A stretch of DNA of 63,016 nt, filler included, from Phoronis australis (GCA_002633005.1; 10 parts of 10 records of this genome joined end to end with filler, not necessarily neighbours in it), one strand, 5' to 3'. Positions 1-12,858 are shown, numbered from the whole stretch's first letter. Made by a program: numbers and translations. Notes: a model not told the origin generated them from the sequence alone.

Positions 1-481
1 AAAGCAGCTTATTATAGGTATCTATGATTTAACAGGAGTCGTGATATCTGGAAGAAACTTTTAGAAAATAATTCCAATGCATAAAACTTTGAACACCGGA
101 GTTGACAATTCATAATGACAGGGCCTGGGTCCCTCTGCCTCTAACCATGTTGTCTTCTGTGAATGTCATGAATAAGTGATGTGCATATTTCCATCGCAAC
201 CCGCCGAGTGGTAGGAAAATTCATGCTCATAATTGACAGCAATTTTCATCATTATAGGTGTTCTCGAATATAGAAATTAAACTTAACTTCAAGGGTACTT
301 AGGTCCTATGTCATCTTCTCTGGGCAATGTCACAAATGTTCACTAACATTTTAGGTAAAACAGCCAAAAATGTAAGGGTAGCAGCCCTTCACGACTCAAA
401 TATTGCTCTTTGCGTACTTTTCATGCAAGGTCTTGGATTCCCCTTTTTGAAATCTTAAAGGAGTAGCTGACCACGCCTCAC

Positions 482-661
482 CATCTGCTTAAGTTTGGCA
501 TTAGCCAATGTGTTCTTCTCCTCCAGCTGTCGCCGTTTGATTGACAGAGACTTCTGTAGCTCCTCCACCTGCTCCACTGTCTCCCTGATCTTCTGCAAAC
601 CAATGTTAAGATGAAGCTGTTGCTCCTCCAGGTCTGACCGCTTCTCATTGTAAAGCTTCAC
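482..661 (-). CDS. DYNC1H1: Cytoplasmic dynein 1 heavy chain exon (start of stalk coiled coil)
   Basis: [60 protein letters not shown], with AG/GT boundaries. The gene continues beyond position 1. Confidence 0.95.
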
Positions 662-827
662 CTGAAACACAATATCAATTACACCACTTTGGATTTGGAA
701 AAGATCATGGAGAATCAAGATAGTGTCACAAAGGTAGTGCACTATACAGTGAACACCGTCAACTGAAGCAGAATGTCAGTCATGTCGCATCACTTCACCT
801 TCTGCCAATCTTGATGACTGAACAACG

Positions 828-1115
828 GGAAGGGGGCCAGGTACATTATACCACCAGGTCAAGGGTTACATGCAGGGAAGGGGGTTAGGTACACCATGCA
901 ACCAGGTCAAGGGTTACATGCAGGGAAGGGGGCTAGGTACACCATGCAACCAGGTCAAGGGTTACATGCAGGGAAGGGGGCTAGGTACACCATACAACCA
1001 GGTCAAGAATTACATACAGGGAAGGGGGCTAGGTACATCATACAACCAGGTCAAGGGTTACATACAGGGAAGGGAGCTAGGTATTTCATACAACTAGGTA
1101 ATGAATTACAAGTAG
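828..1115. repeat. Intronic minisatellite, 48-bp unit, about 5-6 copies
   Basis: Unit CAGGTCAAGGGTTACATGCAGGGAAGGGGGCTAGGTACACCATGCAAC, degenerating toward both ends. Confidence 0.92.
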
Positions 1116-1163
1116 GGAAGGAAACATAGTGCACGAAGCAGGCCTAGAGTTACACAGACTTAC

Positions 1164-1355
1164 ATAATGGTTGATGAAGTCTAGATAGTGGCGAGGTGTG
1201 ATAGCCATAGTGCGTCCACCTCGTTTGGCTACGCGCGAGTTGGCTTCGTGCAGAGTTTGATGGACGAAGACGAAGGCGTTGATGACAGCGTCCCTGTGAC
1301 TGGGTGGGGTGGGTAGTCCCTCGTAGGCCAGGGGCAGGTGGTCAGGAGGCAGGTA
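1164..1355 (-). CDS. DYNC1H1: Cytoplasmic dynein 1 heavy chain exon
   Basis: [64 protein letters not shown], with AG/GT boundaries. Confidence 0.95.
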
Positions 1356-1807
1356 CTGTAATGGCAGACAAAACAGTTGAGCGTGATAGACACAGAACAC
1401 ATAATTTCTTAATGTTTATTCACCAAAATATGTATTGCCTGGGTCCCTTTAGGTGTTGCCCCATCTATGTTAAGCAAGTTTACACAATCTTGTCAAGCAA
1501 GGACATTTCTGATGGCCAATTTCCCAAACCTACAAGTGTCTGCATCTCACCACAGCATACAATACTTCACAAACATGTTGAATAATTACATTGACTCGTA
1601 GTGTTTAAACTAACAAGGGGCTCCATCATAGAACATCCCATCAAGTAACATTTACATTGCAACTACCACCAACTTATTAACTGAGCTAGGGAACAGCAAG
1701 CTATACCAGAGGCGTTATTCAATGCAAACCACTAGGCACAACAGAGACTGGATTTGGAATTCTTCAAAAACCACGGACACAGATATTCATCTTTTAGTCA
1801 CACTTAC

Positions 1808-1993
1808 ATTGGACTTCTCCAAGTCAATCTTGTTGGTGAACTCTCGTCCGACCTGATACAGCGCCCCTGTTGACCAGTCTCCAAACCAGTTGAGCACGCA
1901 CCTGTTGAAGAGGGCGGGCGAGGTAGCAGCGCGATCCTTCAAACCTTCTGAGCTTGGATTCATGGTGAACACTACGTGAAGGTTGAGCATGAC
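1808..1993 (-). CDS. DYNC1H1: Cytoplasmic dynein 1 heavy chain exon
   Basis: [41 protein letters not shown]...DLEKSN, with AG/GT boundaries. Confidence 0.96.
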
Positions 1994-2349
1994 CTACAGA
2001 CAATTGTGGAAGTCAATTAGATTTGGAATTTATTAACACGTTTGATTTCATCTTGAGCTTTTTAACAATGACCATGTCTAAGCAAGAAATAGTAAAAAAT
2101 TCATTTGGATGGTGGCAACTAGCAAGAATGTGGGCAAAAAAAAAAGTTTGAAGTCATTCTTGGACGGCATTTAGCTAAAACATTAAGTTTAAAGTCATCT
2201 TCACAGACATCAACTTACTGGAAGATTATGATTAAAGCTACCAATGGCCTCAAGAACCACTTGACACAGTTCCTTACTATGGTACGGCATCAGCCCCTCT
2301 CTCTATGTCCCCTCTTTACCCTCCCCCACCCTTCAGTAGCGCCCCCTAC

Positions 2350-2562
2350 CTGCTGTGTAAACCACTTGTAGAGCTCCTCACTACTGTCCAACATCAGCCC
2401 CTCTCTCTGTGTTCCCTCTTTACATTGGGTCATCAGCGTTGTGTATTCATCCCCTTCAAATAGTCCCGGCACTTCACCGTTGGCCAACAGTGTATTCATA
2501 CGCTCCAGGAAGCCAGAGTCCAGCACGTTTGACTCGTCCATGATGAAGGCCATCTTTTCTCC
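2350..2562 (-). CDS. DYNC1H1: Cytoplasmic dynein 1 heavy chain exon (AAA4 Walker B region)
   Basis: [40 protein letters not shown]...YKWFTQQ, with AG/GT boundaries. Confidence 0.96.
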
Positions 2563-2912
2563 CTGTTTAAGTTCATTGGGAAATTAGTAAGCACAAAAAC
2601 CTGCACGGCAACTAAATGGATTAAGTATGAACATTTTAAAATACATCTCTGATCCTCTTTAACTCTGGTCTATATCAACAAGTGCCAACTTTAATCACAA
2701 GGCCCTAAAAAATGCTTTTTATTAGTCGCATTACCTTTAACTGTAGTTTTATGAAAAAGTATAGCAATCTGTCTACACTTACAGTATAATGTTATATCTG
2801 TACAAGAGTCTAAACCAGTAAATGATTTATTCTAAGTGTACTGAATACAAACTAGATGGCAATGTTTGAACGTCATTGTGCTTTTGCTTTTCTCAACCAA
2901 ATCTAACCCCTA

Positions 2913-3197
<285 letters not shown>

Positions 3198-3457
3198 TTA
3201 GCAACGCAGGTAAGTATCATAGGTGTATCAGGTGACAGGGACATACACTATAAATTCAATACTATTAGAGGTTTTAAGAGTACAAACAACAGGGAAATGC
3301 ATTGTAACTTCGACACAGGTAAGTATTAGAGGTGTTAAGAATGATTTCAGGGACACCACGTGAACACAGCTTAAACTAACCACTTTGAACCCGGCCCTGA
3401 CATAATACTCCATAGACATACTAATAAACAACTAAAACCGTATCTTCAACCATTCAC

Positions 3458-3644
3458 CTTGAGTCTGGCCTTGACATAATCCCTCAACTCTTCCCTGTCC
3501 ACTGGTACATAGTCCTTAGACAGCCAGTTACTGTAGAGTATTGGACGTCCCAGTGCCTCATCACGCTTAATGCCAGGGAAGTGCTTCAGTGCCACACCAT
3601 CTATGTTCTGGTCTGTCCAGAAACGTTCCTCATCCTCCACCAAT
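3458..3644 (-). CDS. DYNC1H1: Cytoplasmic dynein 1 heavy chain, internal exon
   Basis: Translates (R)[62 protein letters not shown], closely matching cytoplasmic dynein HC as I recall it. AG/GT boundaries are present. Confidence 0.95.
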
Positions 3645-3699
3645 CTGTTACATGTAGTGAACAACAACACTGGCACTAAGAGCAGCAGAACATGTACAT

Positions 3700-3838
3700 A
3701 GTACACACCCACATATTGTATTCATGGTAACTGTACATGCTGTAGTGCACACCCACATATTGTATTCATGGTAACTGTACATGCTGTAGTGCACACCCAC
3801 ATATTGTATTCATGGTAACTGTACATGCTGTAGTACAC
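3700..3838. repeat. Intronic minisatellite, 44-bp unit, about 3 copies, running into the scaffold end
   Basis: TAGTGCACACCCACATATTGTATTCATGGTAACTGTACATGCTG is repeated. Confidence 0.9.
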
Positions 3839-3938
3839 NNNNNNNNNNNNNNNNNNNNNNNNNNNNNNNNNNNNNNNNNNNNTTAATTAATTAANNNNNN
3901 NNNNNNNNNNNNNNNNNNNNNNNNNNNNNNNNNNNNNN
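3839..3938. other. Artificial scaffold-joining linker (N44-TTAATTAATTAA-N44). Identical linkers are at 13605-13704, 29504-29603, 33181-33280, 38471-38570, 41095-41194, 48869-48968, 54697-54796 and 58229-58328
   Basis: The same 100-bp string, with stop codons in all six frames, occurs nine times. Confidence 0.98.
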
Positions 3939-4100
3939 CCCCCCTTGTGATATCCTAGTTCCGCCACTGCATCGGATCACAAAACTGATGTTTTGTTTCT
4001 CAGACGTGCAGAAGATGACAACATAAACACGTGAGGAGACTTGCCATCATTTACGTGAATTTCCATTTCAGCGAGATCACTCAATCGGTTTACTGTCCTG

Positions 4101-4501
4101 GGCCCGGTCTCCAATCTTTTTACTCGAAATGGAACTCGAAATTAGGTTTGGCATTTTCTACTCTACTTTTGGGAGAACTCAAGATAAGTGTCTATTATTC
4201 TATGCTCGAGTACACAATAACTTACGTAGATAATTTATTGCCCTTAGTTCACAGTTTGTAAACCCAATATTAAAGCAATAAGTTCGAGTTTGAACTCGAA
4301 ATTTCGAGTTTTTACTCGAGTTTGTAACACGAATATAAGGGTCTTCAAGGGCAAACTTAAACTAGAAACTCTTATGCATTAACTATAATGTATTCGAGCA
4401 CAGTCTGATAACCAATTATCTTAAGTTCGCACAAAACGAGCAGAGAAATTGCCAACAATAGTTTCGAGTTCGTTTCGAGTACAAAGATTAGAGACCGGGC
4501 C
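4101..4501. mobile_element. Palindromic MITE, PIF/Harbinger-like
   Basis: TIR GGCCCGGTCTC...GAGACCGGGCC with long imperfect inverted arms. A 3-bp CTG duplication flanks it (4098-4100 and 4502-4504), and CWG targets are known for Harbingers. Confidence 0.8.
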
Positions 4502-5335
4502 CTGGAATCGATTTCGATTTCATGTTCTTAAGCGACAATAGCATCGGCAAGTTGTTGAATTGTTGCAACACTAATACTGAGGGAGGCCTGCTGTTATTTT
4601 GTGTTTTATATAATAGACTGTTTAATAAGAGTTCTGCTATTGGGTACGTGGAGTGTATTGTGTAGTGACAAGTCCGTTGCTGTGTTCTGTAAGGAATAGA
4701 TTGAAATGAGAAATCTGTTATTTTTTACTGGGCAGAATGTAATAAGAGGTCTGGAGTAGATATTGTACTGGAAGGTATGTTATGTTATGCTTTGGTATAC
4801 TGTCCAAAGTACATTGTACCATTGGAAGTTGCTTATTAACTGTGTGGATCGAGTAGATGATGTCCTGGGGAGTCTGTTATTTTACACTGCACAGGATATT
4901 TTGTGTATGGAAGGAGTGAAAACAATTTATGGTCGCATATTTAAATTCCAGCTGTGATCCCGAAAATCTCAGGCACGGACCAGCCTAGTCCAAACTCGAA
5001 ATACAACTTACCATACCTGCGACTCTAAACTCCACACAAGTGCCGAGAATACTTACCTAGAATGGAACATTTAGCGCATGTGGAATCTAGCCAGGATAAT
5101 GGGTCGAGGATTTGAACATTGAGTTAAGCGTCGACTGTCTGTGACTTGGGTTTAAAAGCTTATAGCTGGAATTAAAAGGCACGCCCTGGAATCCACTTCT
5201 AACCCCCGGTACTAGAAGATTTATTATTTCGTACTTTGTAGCATACATGATGCACCTGAAAGTTTGTTCTTCTGCACTTTGCAGAGTGGATTTGAGACAT
5301 ATGTACTAGGCAGTCTGTTGTATTATGCACAGTGA

Positions 5336-5464
<129 letters not shown>

Positions 5465-6674
5465 TAGGTTGTTGGAATGATTAGGCATGAGCAATAAAAG
5501 TCTTAATTACAGTAATTAATGTGAATACAATACTTTTGTGTGGAGGTACTGTACCAGTTTTCAAGATTGTTGACGAATTTTGTTGAAAACCGTAAACTAA
5601 GGGAAATCAGAAGGAAAGGTGCTGCGTATCGCCAGCCTTGCAAATTAGTCGAAATTTATCAAAAAATGTGGGCAAAAACAGAAAAAAGTTCTTCAAAAAT
5701 TGTATGCTGCCAACGATATCCGAAACTACATGTAAATTGCTTACAGAAAACGTGGTTCTCAGCAGGCGTTAACAGCTGCCTTGAGCGAGTGCGCTGTGTG
5801 GATTTGCTAACTGGTTTTACTGACGGACTGTTTTGATTTTAAACTGCTCGCACCCAATTTTCTTTCATCCTTATCGTTTTCTCAAATAAAATTTCGGAGG
5901 CTGATAACCACGCTAAATCGCAGACGATACATGGTTCTTTGTTGTTCTCATCAGTCAACAAGCGAGCGAAAATTTTTCACTCAGAGACATTTTGTATTCA
6001 AGGCAACGAGAATAGCACCGTCAGTGAATGATGATAAAAATGACTTAACCCATGAAAACAGGCAAAAATTAATCTGGACATTAGCATTAGAGTTGCACTT
6101 AGGCCACCTGAATTTGTTTGCTACGTATTCAACAACGTTTATGCCCTGTAATGGCATCTTCCGGACAATTTCAGACGGATTCTATGTAATCAGCGCTCCC
6201 TGGTGGTCAATTTGTGTCTGTTTTTTGGTGTCTCCTTTTTATCCCCCAAACTGCTAAAAGGGTCATTATAAAATTTCTCCATGATAGCAAGTAACAGCAT
6301 ATGTTCACGAAAACAACAACGGTTTTAAAACTTGACATGTTTCGGTGTCATTTATTAAACACCATCCTCAGAAGTCACAATACAGTGGCCACCCAGCTAG
6401 GCCCAGCAACAAGTAATGAAGCACAGATACAGTCAGTTACAGGGAGTGACAATGAACTAGACCAACAATGACAACCTGTGGTGTGTCAGTTGCCTATTGA
6501 GATTGGGTTTGCACCAACTGATATGTAAAGCCNACTTCTAACCCCCGGTACTAGAAGATTTATTATTTCGTACTTTGTAGCATACATGATGCACCTGAAA
6601 GTTTGTTCTTCTGCACTTTGCAGAGTGGATTTGAGACATATGTACTAGGCAGTCTGTTGTATTATGCACAGTGA

Positions 6675-6803
<129 letters not shown>

Positions 6804-7668
6804 TAGGTTGTTGGAATGATTAGGCATGAGCAATAAAAGTCTTAATTACAGTAATTAATGTGAATACAATACTTTTGTGTGGAGGTACTGTACCAGTTTT
6901 CAAGATTGTTGACGAATTTTGTTGAAAACCGTAAACTAAGGGAAATCAGAAGGAAAGGTGCTGCGTATCGCCAGCCTTGCAAATTAGTCGAAATTTATCA
7001 AAAAATGTGGGCAAAAACAGAAAAAAGTTCTTCAAAAATTGTATGCTGCCAACGATATCCGAAACTACATGTAAATTGCTTACAGAAAACGTGGTTCTCA
7101 GCAGGCGTTAACAGCTGCCTTGAGCGAGTGCGCTGTGTGGATTTGCTAACTGGTTTTACTGACGGACTGTTTTGATTTTAAACTGCTCGCACCCAATTTT
7201 CTTTCATCCTTATCGTTTTCTCAAATAAAATTTCGGAGGCTGATAACCACGCTAAATCGCAGACGATACATGGTTCTTTGTTGTTCTCATCAGTCAACAA
7301 GCGAGCGAAAATTTTTCACTCAGAGACATTTTGTATTCAAGGCAACGAGAATAGCACCGTCAGTGAATGATGATAAAAATGACTTAACCCATGAAAACAG
7401 GCAAAAATTAATCTGGACATTAGCATTAGAGTTGCACTTAGGCCACCTGAATTTGTTTGCTACGTATTCAACAACGTTTATGCCCTGTAATGGCATCTTC
7501 CGGACAATTTCAGACGGATTCTATGTAATCAGCGCTCCCTGGTGGTCAATTTGTGTCTGTTTTTTGGTGTCTCCTTTTTATCCCCCAAACTGCTAAAAGG
7601 GTCATTATAAAATTTCTCCATGATAGCAAGTAACAGCATATGTTCACGAAAACAACAACGGTTTTAAA

Positions 7669-7715
7669 ACTTGACATGTTTCGGTGTCATTTATTAAACA
7701 CCATCCTCAGAAGTC
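7669..7715 (-). ncRNA. Minimal type I hammerhead ribozyme, inverted pseudo-LTR copy (also at 6330-6376 in the duplicated block)
   Basis: Reverse complement of the 8964-9011 motif. Confidence 0.82.
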
Positions 7716-8473
7716 ACAATACAGTGGCCACCCAGCTAGGCCCAGCAACAAGTAATGAAGCACAGATACAGTCAGTTACAGGGAGTGACAATGAACTAGA
7801 CCAACAATGACAACCTGTGGTGTGTCAGTTGCCTATTGAGATTGGGTTTGCACCAACTGATATGTAAAGCCNNNNNNNNNNNNNNNNNNNNNNNNNNNNN
7901 NNNNNNNNNNNNNNNNNNNNNNNNNNNNNNNNNNNNNNNNNNNNNNNNNNNNNNNNNNNNNNNNNNNNNNNNNNNNNNNNNNNNNNNNNNNNNNNNNNNN
8001 NNNNNNNNNNNNNNNNNNNNNNNNNNNNNNNNNNNNNNNNNNNNNNNNNNNNNNNNNNNNNNNNNNNNNNNNNNNNNNNNNNNNNNNNNNNNNNNNNNNN
8101 NNNNNNNNNNNNNNNNNNNNNNNNNNNNNNNNNNNNNNNNNNNNNNNNNNNNNNNNNNNNNNNNNNNNNNNNNNNNNNNNNNNNNNNNNNNNNNNNNNNN
8201 NNNNNNNNNNNNNNNNNNNNNNNNNNNNNNNNNNNNNNNNNNNNNNNNNNNNNNNNNNNNNNNNNNNNNNNNNNNNNNNNNNNNNNNNNNNNNNNNNNNN
8301 NNNNNNNNNNNNNNNNNNNNNNNNNNNNNNNNNNNNNNNNNNNNNNNNNNNNNNNNNNNNNNNNNNNNNNNNNNNNNNNNNNNNNNNNNNNNNNNNNNNN
8401 NNNNNNNNNNNNNNNNNNNNNNNNNNNNNNNNNNNNNNNNNNNNNNNNNNNNNNNNNNNNNNNNNNNNNNNNN

Positions 8474-8883
8474 ACAAATTGGTGAATGATTACTGTGTGA
8501 ACTTAAGAGTTGTATTAACATTCAAGTCTCTAAAACTGTCGAGTTTATTTAACCCTAAGGACAAAATTTCTATGGGTCTACGGTCCAAGGTTGTATACAA
8601 ATTTATCTGTGCTGGATGTGGCTCCAGTTATATAGGCGAAACTGTTCGCCATTTGAAAACCAGGACCAAGGAACATCTAAATTCTGACAGTAATTCACAT
8701 GTAAATATTCACCTGCAGAGCTCCAATCATTGTTATCAGCAGTGCTCTTTCAATGACTTTGCAATAATAGACCAGGCAGTAACAACAAAGGAGCTTAAAA
8801 TTCGTGAGGCTTTACATATCAGTTGGTGCAAACCCAATCTCAATAGGCAACTGACACACCACAGGTTGTCATTGTTGGTCTAG
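8474..8883 (+). CDS. GIY-YIG endonuclease C-terminus of a Penelope-like element ORF (5' part in gap)
   Basis: SKVVYKFICAGCGSSYIGETVRHLKTRTKEH...HL...LKIREALHISWCKPNLN shows the VVY/YIG motifs, a CxxC and the terminal EAL..P.LN typical of PLE endonucleases. Confidence 0.9.
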
Positions 8884-8963
8884 TTCATTGTCACTCCCTG
8901 TAACTGACTGTATCTGTGCTTCATTACTTGTTGCTGGGCCTAGCTAGGTGGCCACTGTATTGT

Positions 8964-9011
8964 GACTTCTGAGGATGGTGTTTAATAAATGACACCGAAA
9001 CATGTCAAGTT
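8964..9011 (+). ncRNA. Minimal type I hammerhead ribozyme in the PLE pseudo-LTR
   Basis: ACTT-CTGAGGA-T-GGTGT(ttaataaatg)ACACC-GAAA-CATG-TC-AAGT: core CUGAnGA and GAAA, helix II GGTGT/ACACC, palindromic helix III ACATGT, GUC cleavage triplet at 9004-9006, helix I ACTT/AAGT. Confidence 0.85.
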
Positions 9012-10186
9012 TTAAAACCGTTGTTGTTTTCGTGAACATTATAAAATTTCATGAAATTGATTTGGGTGGAATTCGAGATGTGTGGCATCTGCTTATGACA
9101 ATTTTAGTTTTCTTAGTCCATAACTCTACATGTATACATGTATGTACCAAATTCCTTGATGAATGTTTACGTGGCTAAGTCAACCAAGGAGTCGACAGCA
9201 CTTGCCTTCTTTCAACCGGATTTGACTAATACTCTGCGTTACTCTTGTTCATCGAAGTCTGAAACCTTTCAAACTTGTTATCAGTATGTTGCTCCGAGTT
9301 AAGATCGTTGACATACTCTGCCACATATTCTTACCGAGCAAAACGTTATGTTAGACAACTAATGACCAGCTCGGAAGAAAGCATCTGAGAAGGAAAACGG
9401 AAATCAGCGTACAGTTGCGGAAAAACAGAAGAAAATTGTCCGTCAATCAGAAGAGAAACTGTTCAAATCAAGTTGCTATATTTCGAGTATTTTGAGTTGA
9501 GAGAAGGTTTTGTCAACTTTTTTCAAAACTGCTATTTGCTTCGGTTGTGACAGAATTGAAAATGTAAATCACGATATGTGACCAACAACAGTGATCAGAA
9601 TAATCAAAGTGCATTTTCTGGCAACTTTATTAATCACTGGTTACACAGTAATAATTTCCACTGGACTAGCAATGCCGACTGAGGTAGGCAAGTGCACAAT
9701 CTTGAGTTCCACCCATGACATCATATGGTGGAATATTATAAAATTTTAGTTTTTTTGTTCATACTACAAAAGAAGTGCTGAACCAGTTAGGTATTTTGCC
9801 ATACATTTACTATGCATCAGTCAAAACATCAAAAACTAAAAATAGTGTAGCGAAAACTCTTTAATATCTACCAAGTTCGTCGATGGATTTTCATGAAATT
9901 TGAACCGAATGCCCTAAATGAGTGCACAAATGATACTAATTTTCGCGTGGATCCAACAAGTGTGGAAAAACTCGAAAAATGAGCACCCAAATATATTTAT
10001 TGTTTTGATGCGCATTGTGAGCACATAATTGTTATTAGTATTTTGTTTCTTTACGCTTAGAATGTTTTGACGAAACTTGTTGTGAACACGGCTATTTTTA
10101 GTGTTGCGCATGATTACTGATATTTCACCCAACTAAATGCATTGTGCTTCTTAAAACAAGTGTAATACAAGATTTTTTATCTTCAG

Positions 10187-10277
10187 GATGACCATCCTTC
10201 CACCTATCGAGAAAATAGAAATCGTTCTGAACAAGTTCAAAGATTTCCACCGAAACTTTGCAACCAAGTGGAAGTAA
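10187..10277 (+). CDS. GPT: Alanine aminotransferase, terminal exon
   Basis: cag|g [29 protein letters not shown]. Phase 2 is compatible with the upstream exon, and AATAAA lies at 10377-10382. Confidence 0.92.
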
Positions 10278-12797
10278 GAAACGCCACAGTACAGCTGACG
10301 TGCCCTTTATGTTCCAGATACTATTTACCTGTACATTTGAATATTTAAGCATGGGTACGTGGGCATCTAACCATTCAATAAATGAATGTATGCAAGGTGT
10401 TTTTTGTATTTGCTTGCCCGCGCCACGCTTGACAATGACAGTTATTCCCTTCCGATAGTTACTTAAAGATGGATGAAGTTTAGCAACGCCAGGACCTACG
10501 CATGGACCTCGCTAAAAAGCAAGACTTCGAAAGATTCCGTGCGATATTGTCGTGTCTTTCAAGTGAGAACGCGTGAACATGCTAGATTTTAACTAGTAGC
10601 AATAGACCCACTGAACTTCATCCCGGTGATTGTTGCGCCACACCTATTTGCGCCATCTGCTAGTGGCAACGTCATTGTATGCCCATGAATGTGATATGCG
10701 ATTTAGCTGTGTATTAGGGCTAATGGTGGGGGGACAATGCGAGTATTTAGTATGTTTCGTGAGAGGGTGCAGATACGCCCTCGTTTATCGCGGTCACCTC
10801 AGTACAGGTACGTCTAAGGAGCTGCTAAAAGCGGACGTGTTGTAGTCTCTCCGCTTTTCTTAAAGTGGAACTTGTACGCTATGATTGCCTGGTCAATTTA
10901 GTTAGAAACACAACAACGGAAGAAAGTTCGAAGGCCCCAAGCAAAGTTTACCCATTTTCCGTGTATCCAACCAACGTTCTCTAAGTGCACTCTGCCTCTT
11001 ATGTTGCTGTTTTAGTTGATGTAAGCGTTCTTGCAATGTTATTAGAGGCCAAACATGGTTACTGAGTAATTACGATCACATAAGATGCCCAAGACGCTTT
11101 GACAGTGACTGTTGCCGATTGTATTAAGGAAGTTTGGAGGTGTTGGTTGTATTTACTGGTGTCGATGTGAATAAATGCAGTTGGTGAATACGTGACGGTC
11201 GCAAATAACATGTGTGATGTACGTTATTCTCAGATAGGTGTGATTTGAGTTCTTCCGGAAGTGCATGGTAGGCGACAATGTTGGATAACAGTTGTATACC
11301 TTTTCCTTTATTGTAGTATCGTGCCAATCGGTTGTTAAGTGTAGAGGGATTAAGTTATAACCAAAATGCTAATTAGACTTGGTCCCGTATCGTGTTAGTG
11401 CTGTAAAGTTTAGGTTGAAGATGTTTGCCAAAAACAAGGTTGCCAAGAATAAAAGAGCGATGGGTCTATTTCTGTTGCTCGTTTCTTTGAATGTATGTTT
11501 CTCCTTTCAGAATGTTCCCCACGTTAACACAAAACGGGGAGCATAGTACAGCAACGCTGGTAGGAGTCGGATATGCATAATTCATATTTTTGGTGAAGCC
11601 GGACAAAATTCAAGTTTATGTACTTGCCATTTTCATTAAGTCGGTATTTTGTCTGCGTTAGATGAATCTCTGTAGTTTCGGTTACATCTGATTATGCCAG
11701 TTTTATTGTCCGTACGAACATCCTGGTGTTGAAGGAATATCTCAAAAACGAAGCTCAACTTCCGTGCCAAGGTGTAGGTGGGGCAACTCCAGTCTCAATC
11801 GATTTGGATGACATTGACGTCATTTTCAAGGTCACATCGAGAAAATAAGTGTTCTTTTAGGAGAATGTTTTTGGTGGAGCATCTCAAGAGAGTATCAGAT
11901 TTTATTCATGTTTTGTACGGAGGTGTATTTGAAGCAACGTTAGGCACGACGATTAGCAGCCGACAATTAAAAACCTAAATCTGCTTGTTCTCAGTCTTTA
12001 GCTGCCAAGAAACGAGAAATTAATCAAACACTTAAGCTCATTAAGTCGGCCTTGCTACGTACTCCTTGCCCTGATAGGGTTCGATTCCCATTTCTGAAAA
12101 GAAATCGAAACCATCAGCTATTCGAAAAACGCTTATCGAGTTTATTGTGTTGGCCAACCAGAAATTTCCGAAATCTAACATGGCTCATGTGCGCATTGCG
12201 TTGCCGGCTCTTCCGACTGAGCGGGGTAACGTTTTGAAATCCTAAAGCTTTTTAGTTAAGAATTTAAAATGCATGTCAATTTATACGTTAACACCATCAC
12301 CCGAACCTTGCCATTTCACCTTTTCGTGAGGTATTGGCTGTCGGGACAAGTTGAGTAAATGAAGTGACAGCCGATCATCTTCCGTAGAAAGGGTCAGTCG
12401 TGATCCTCGCAACATAAAGTTTTAAGTAGATACGTCTTTCTGAAATATGATGCATGAAGTGTCTACTTTTCATACTTGAAATGACATAGAAACGGAAATC
12501 AAAGTCACACTTTTTCTATTCTATTTTAGTCCTCAGGTTTTCACAAAACACAACAAAACAACTTGTCACCCATGAAAAATTATGTGCAGTTCGATTTAAC
12601 AACCGCAAGAAAATCGAATGGCTTGTCTAAATCCAACAGACACGCACAGAACTTTCCTGAGTCTTCAATGTAGTAATACTGGTGAATGGTGGCAAAGCAC
12701 AGCAGTAACGGGACACGTTGAAAACGTGAGCTGTGATTGCATTGTTCACAGCACAACACATGTGACGTCCAGTCGCTGCGGCTCTTTACTCGAGTTA

Positions 12798-12858
12798 CTA
12801 ACATACAGTTTTATACTTTATTTTGTTAACGGTCCTGTACTCTACCCGGTGCTGAAAT
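12798..12858 (-). CDS. Terminal exon of the EGF + EMI-like gene
   Basis: cag|(R)FQHRVEYRTVNKIKYKTVC*, phase-compatible, resembling the YRT..K..Y...C end of EMI domains. Confidence 0.7.

Larger units (their letters stand above)
7617..9039 (+). mobile_element. Penelope-like retroelement (partial) with inverted pseudo-LTRs in the last ALT intron
   Basis: A GIY-YIG ORF end at 8474-8883. Region ~7640-7871 is the reverse complement of ~8808-9039. CATTATAAAATTTC occurs on both sides (7603-7616 and 9037-9050). Confidence 0.88.

Noticed and set aside
870-1129. Repetitive ORFs (QGRGLGTPCNQVKGYM)n
   Set aside because: A by-product of a 48-bp minisatellite antisense within a dynein intron.
3883-3894. 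Recurrent palindrome TTAATTAATTAA as a biological motif
   Set aside because: It always sits centred in exactly 44+44 Ns, so it is an artificial six-frame-stop linker.
7796-8489. Long X-rich ORFs here and at 15548-16604, 24578-25522 and 34884-35219
   Set aside because: They are translations through N gaps.
12040-12100. tRNA or SINE head (GGTTCGATTCCC B-box)
   Set aside because: No matching A-box or cloverleaf was found.
12600-12700. RT-like peptide YYIEDSGKFCACLLDLDKPFD
   Set aside because: Too short and decayed to call. At most a LINE remnant in a 3' UTR.
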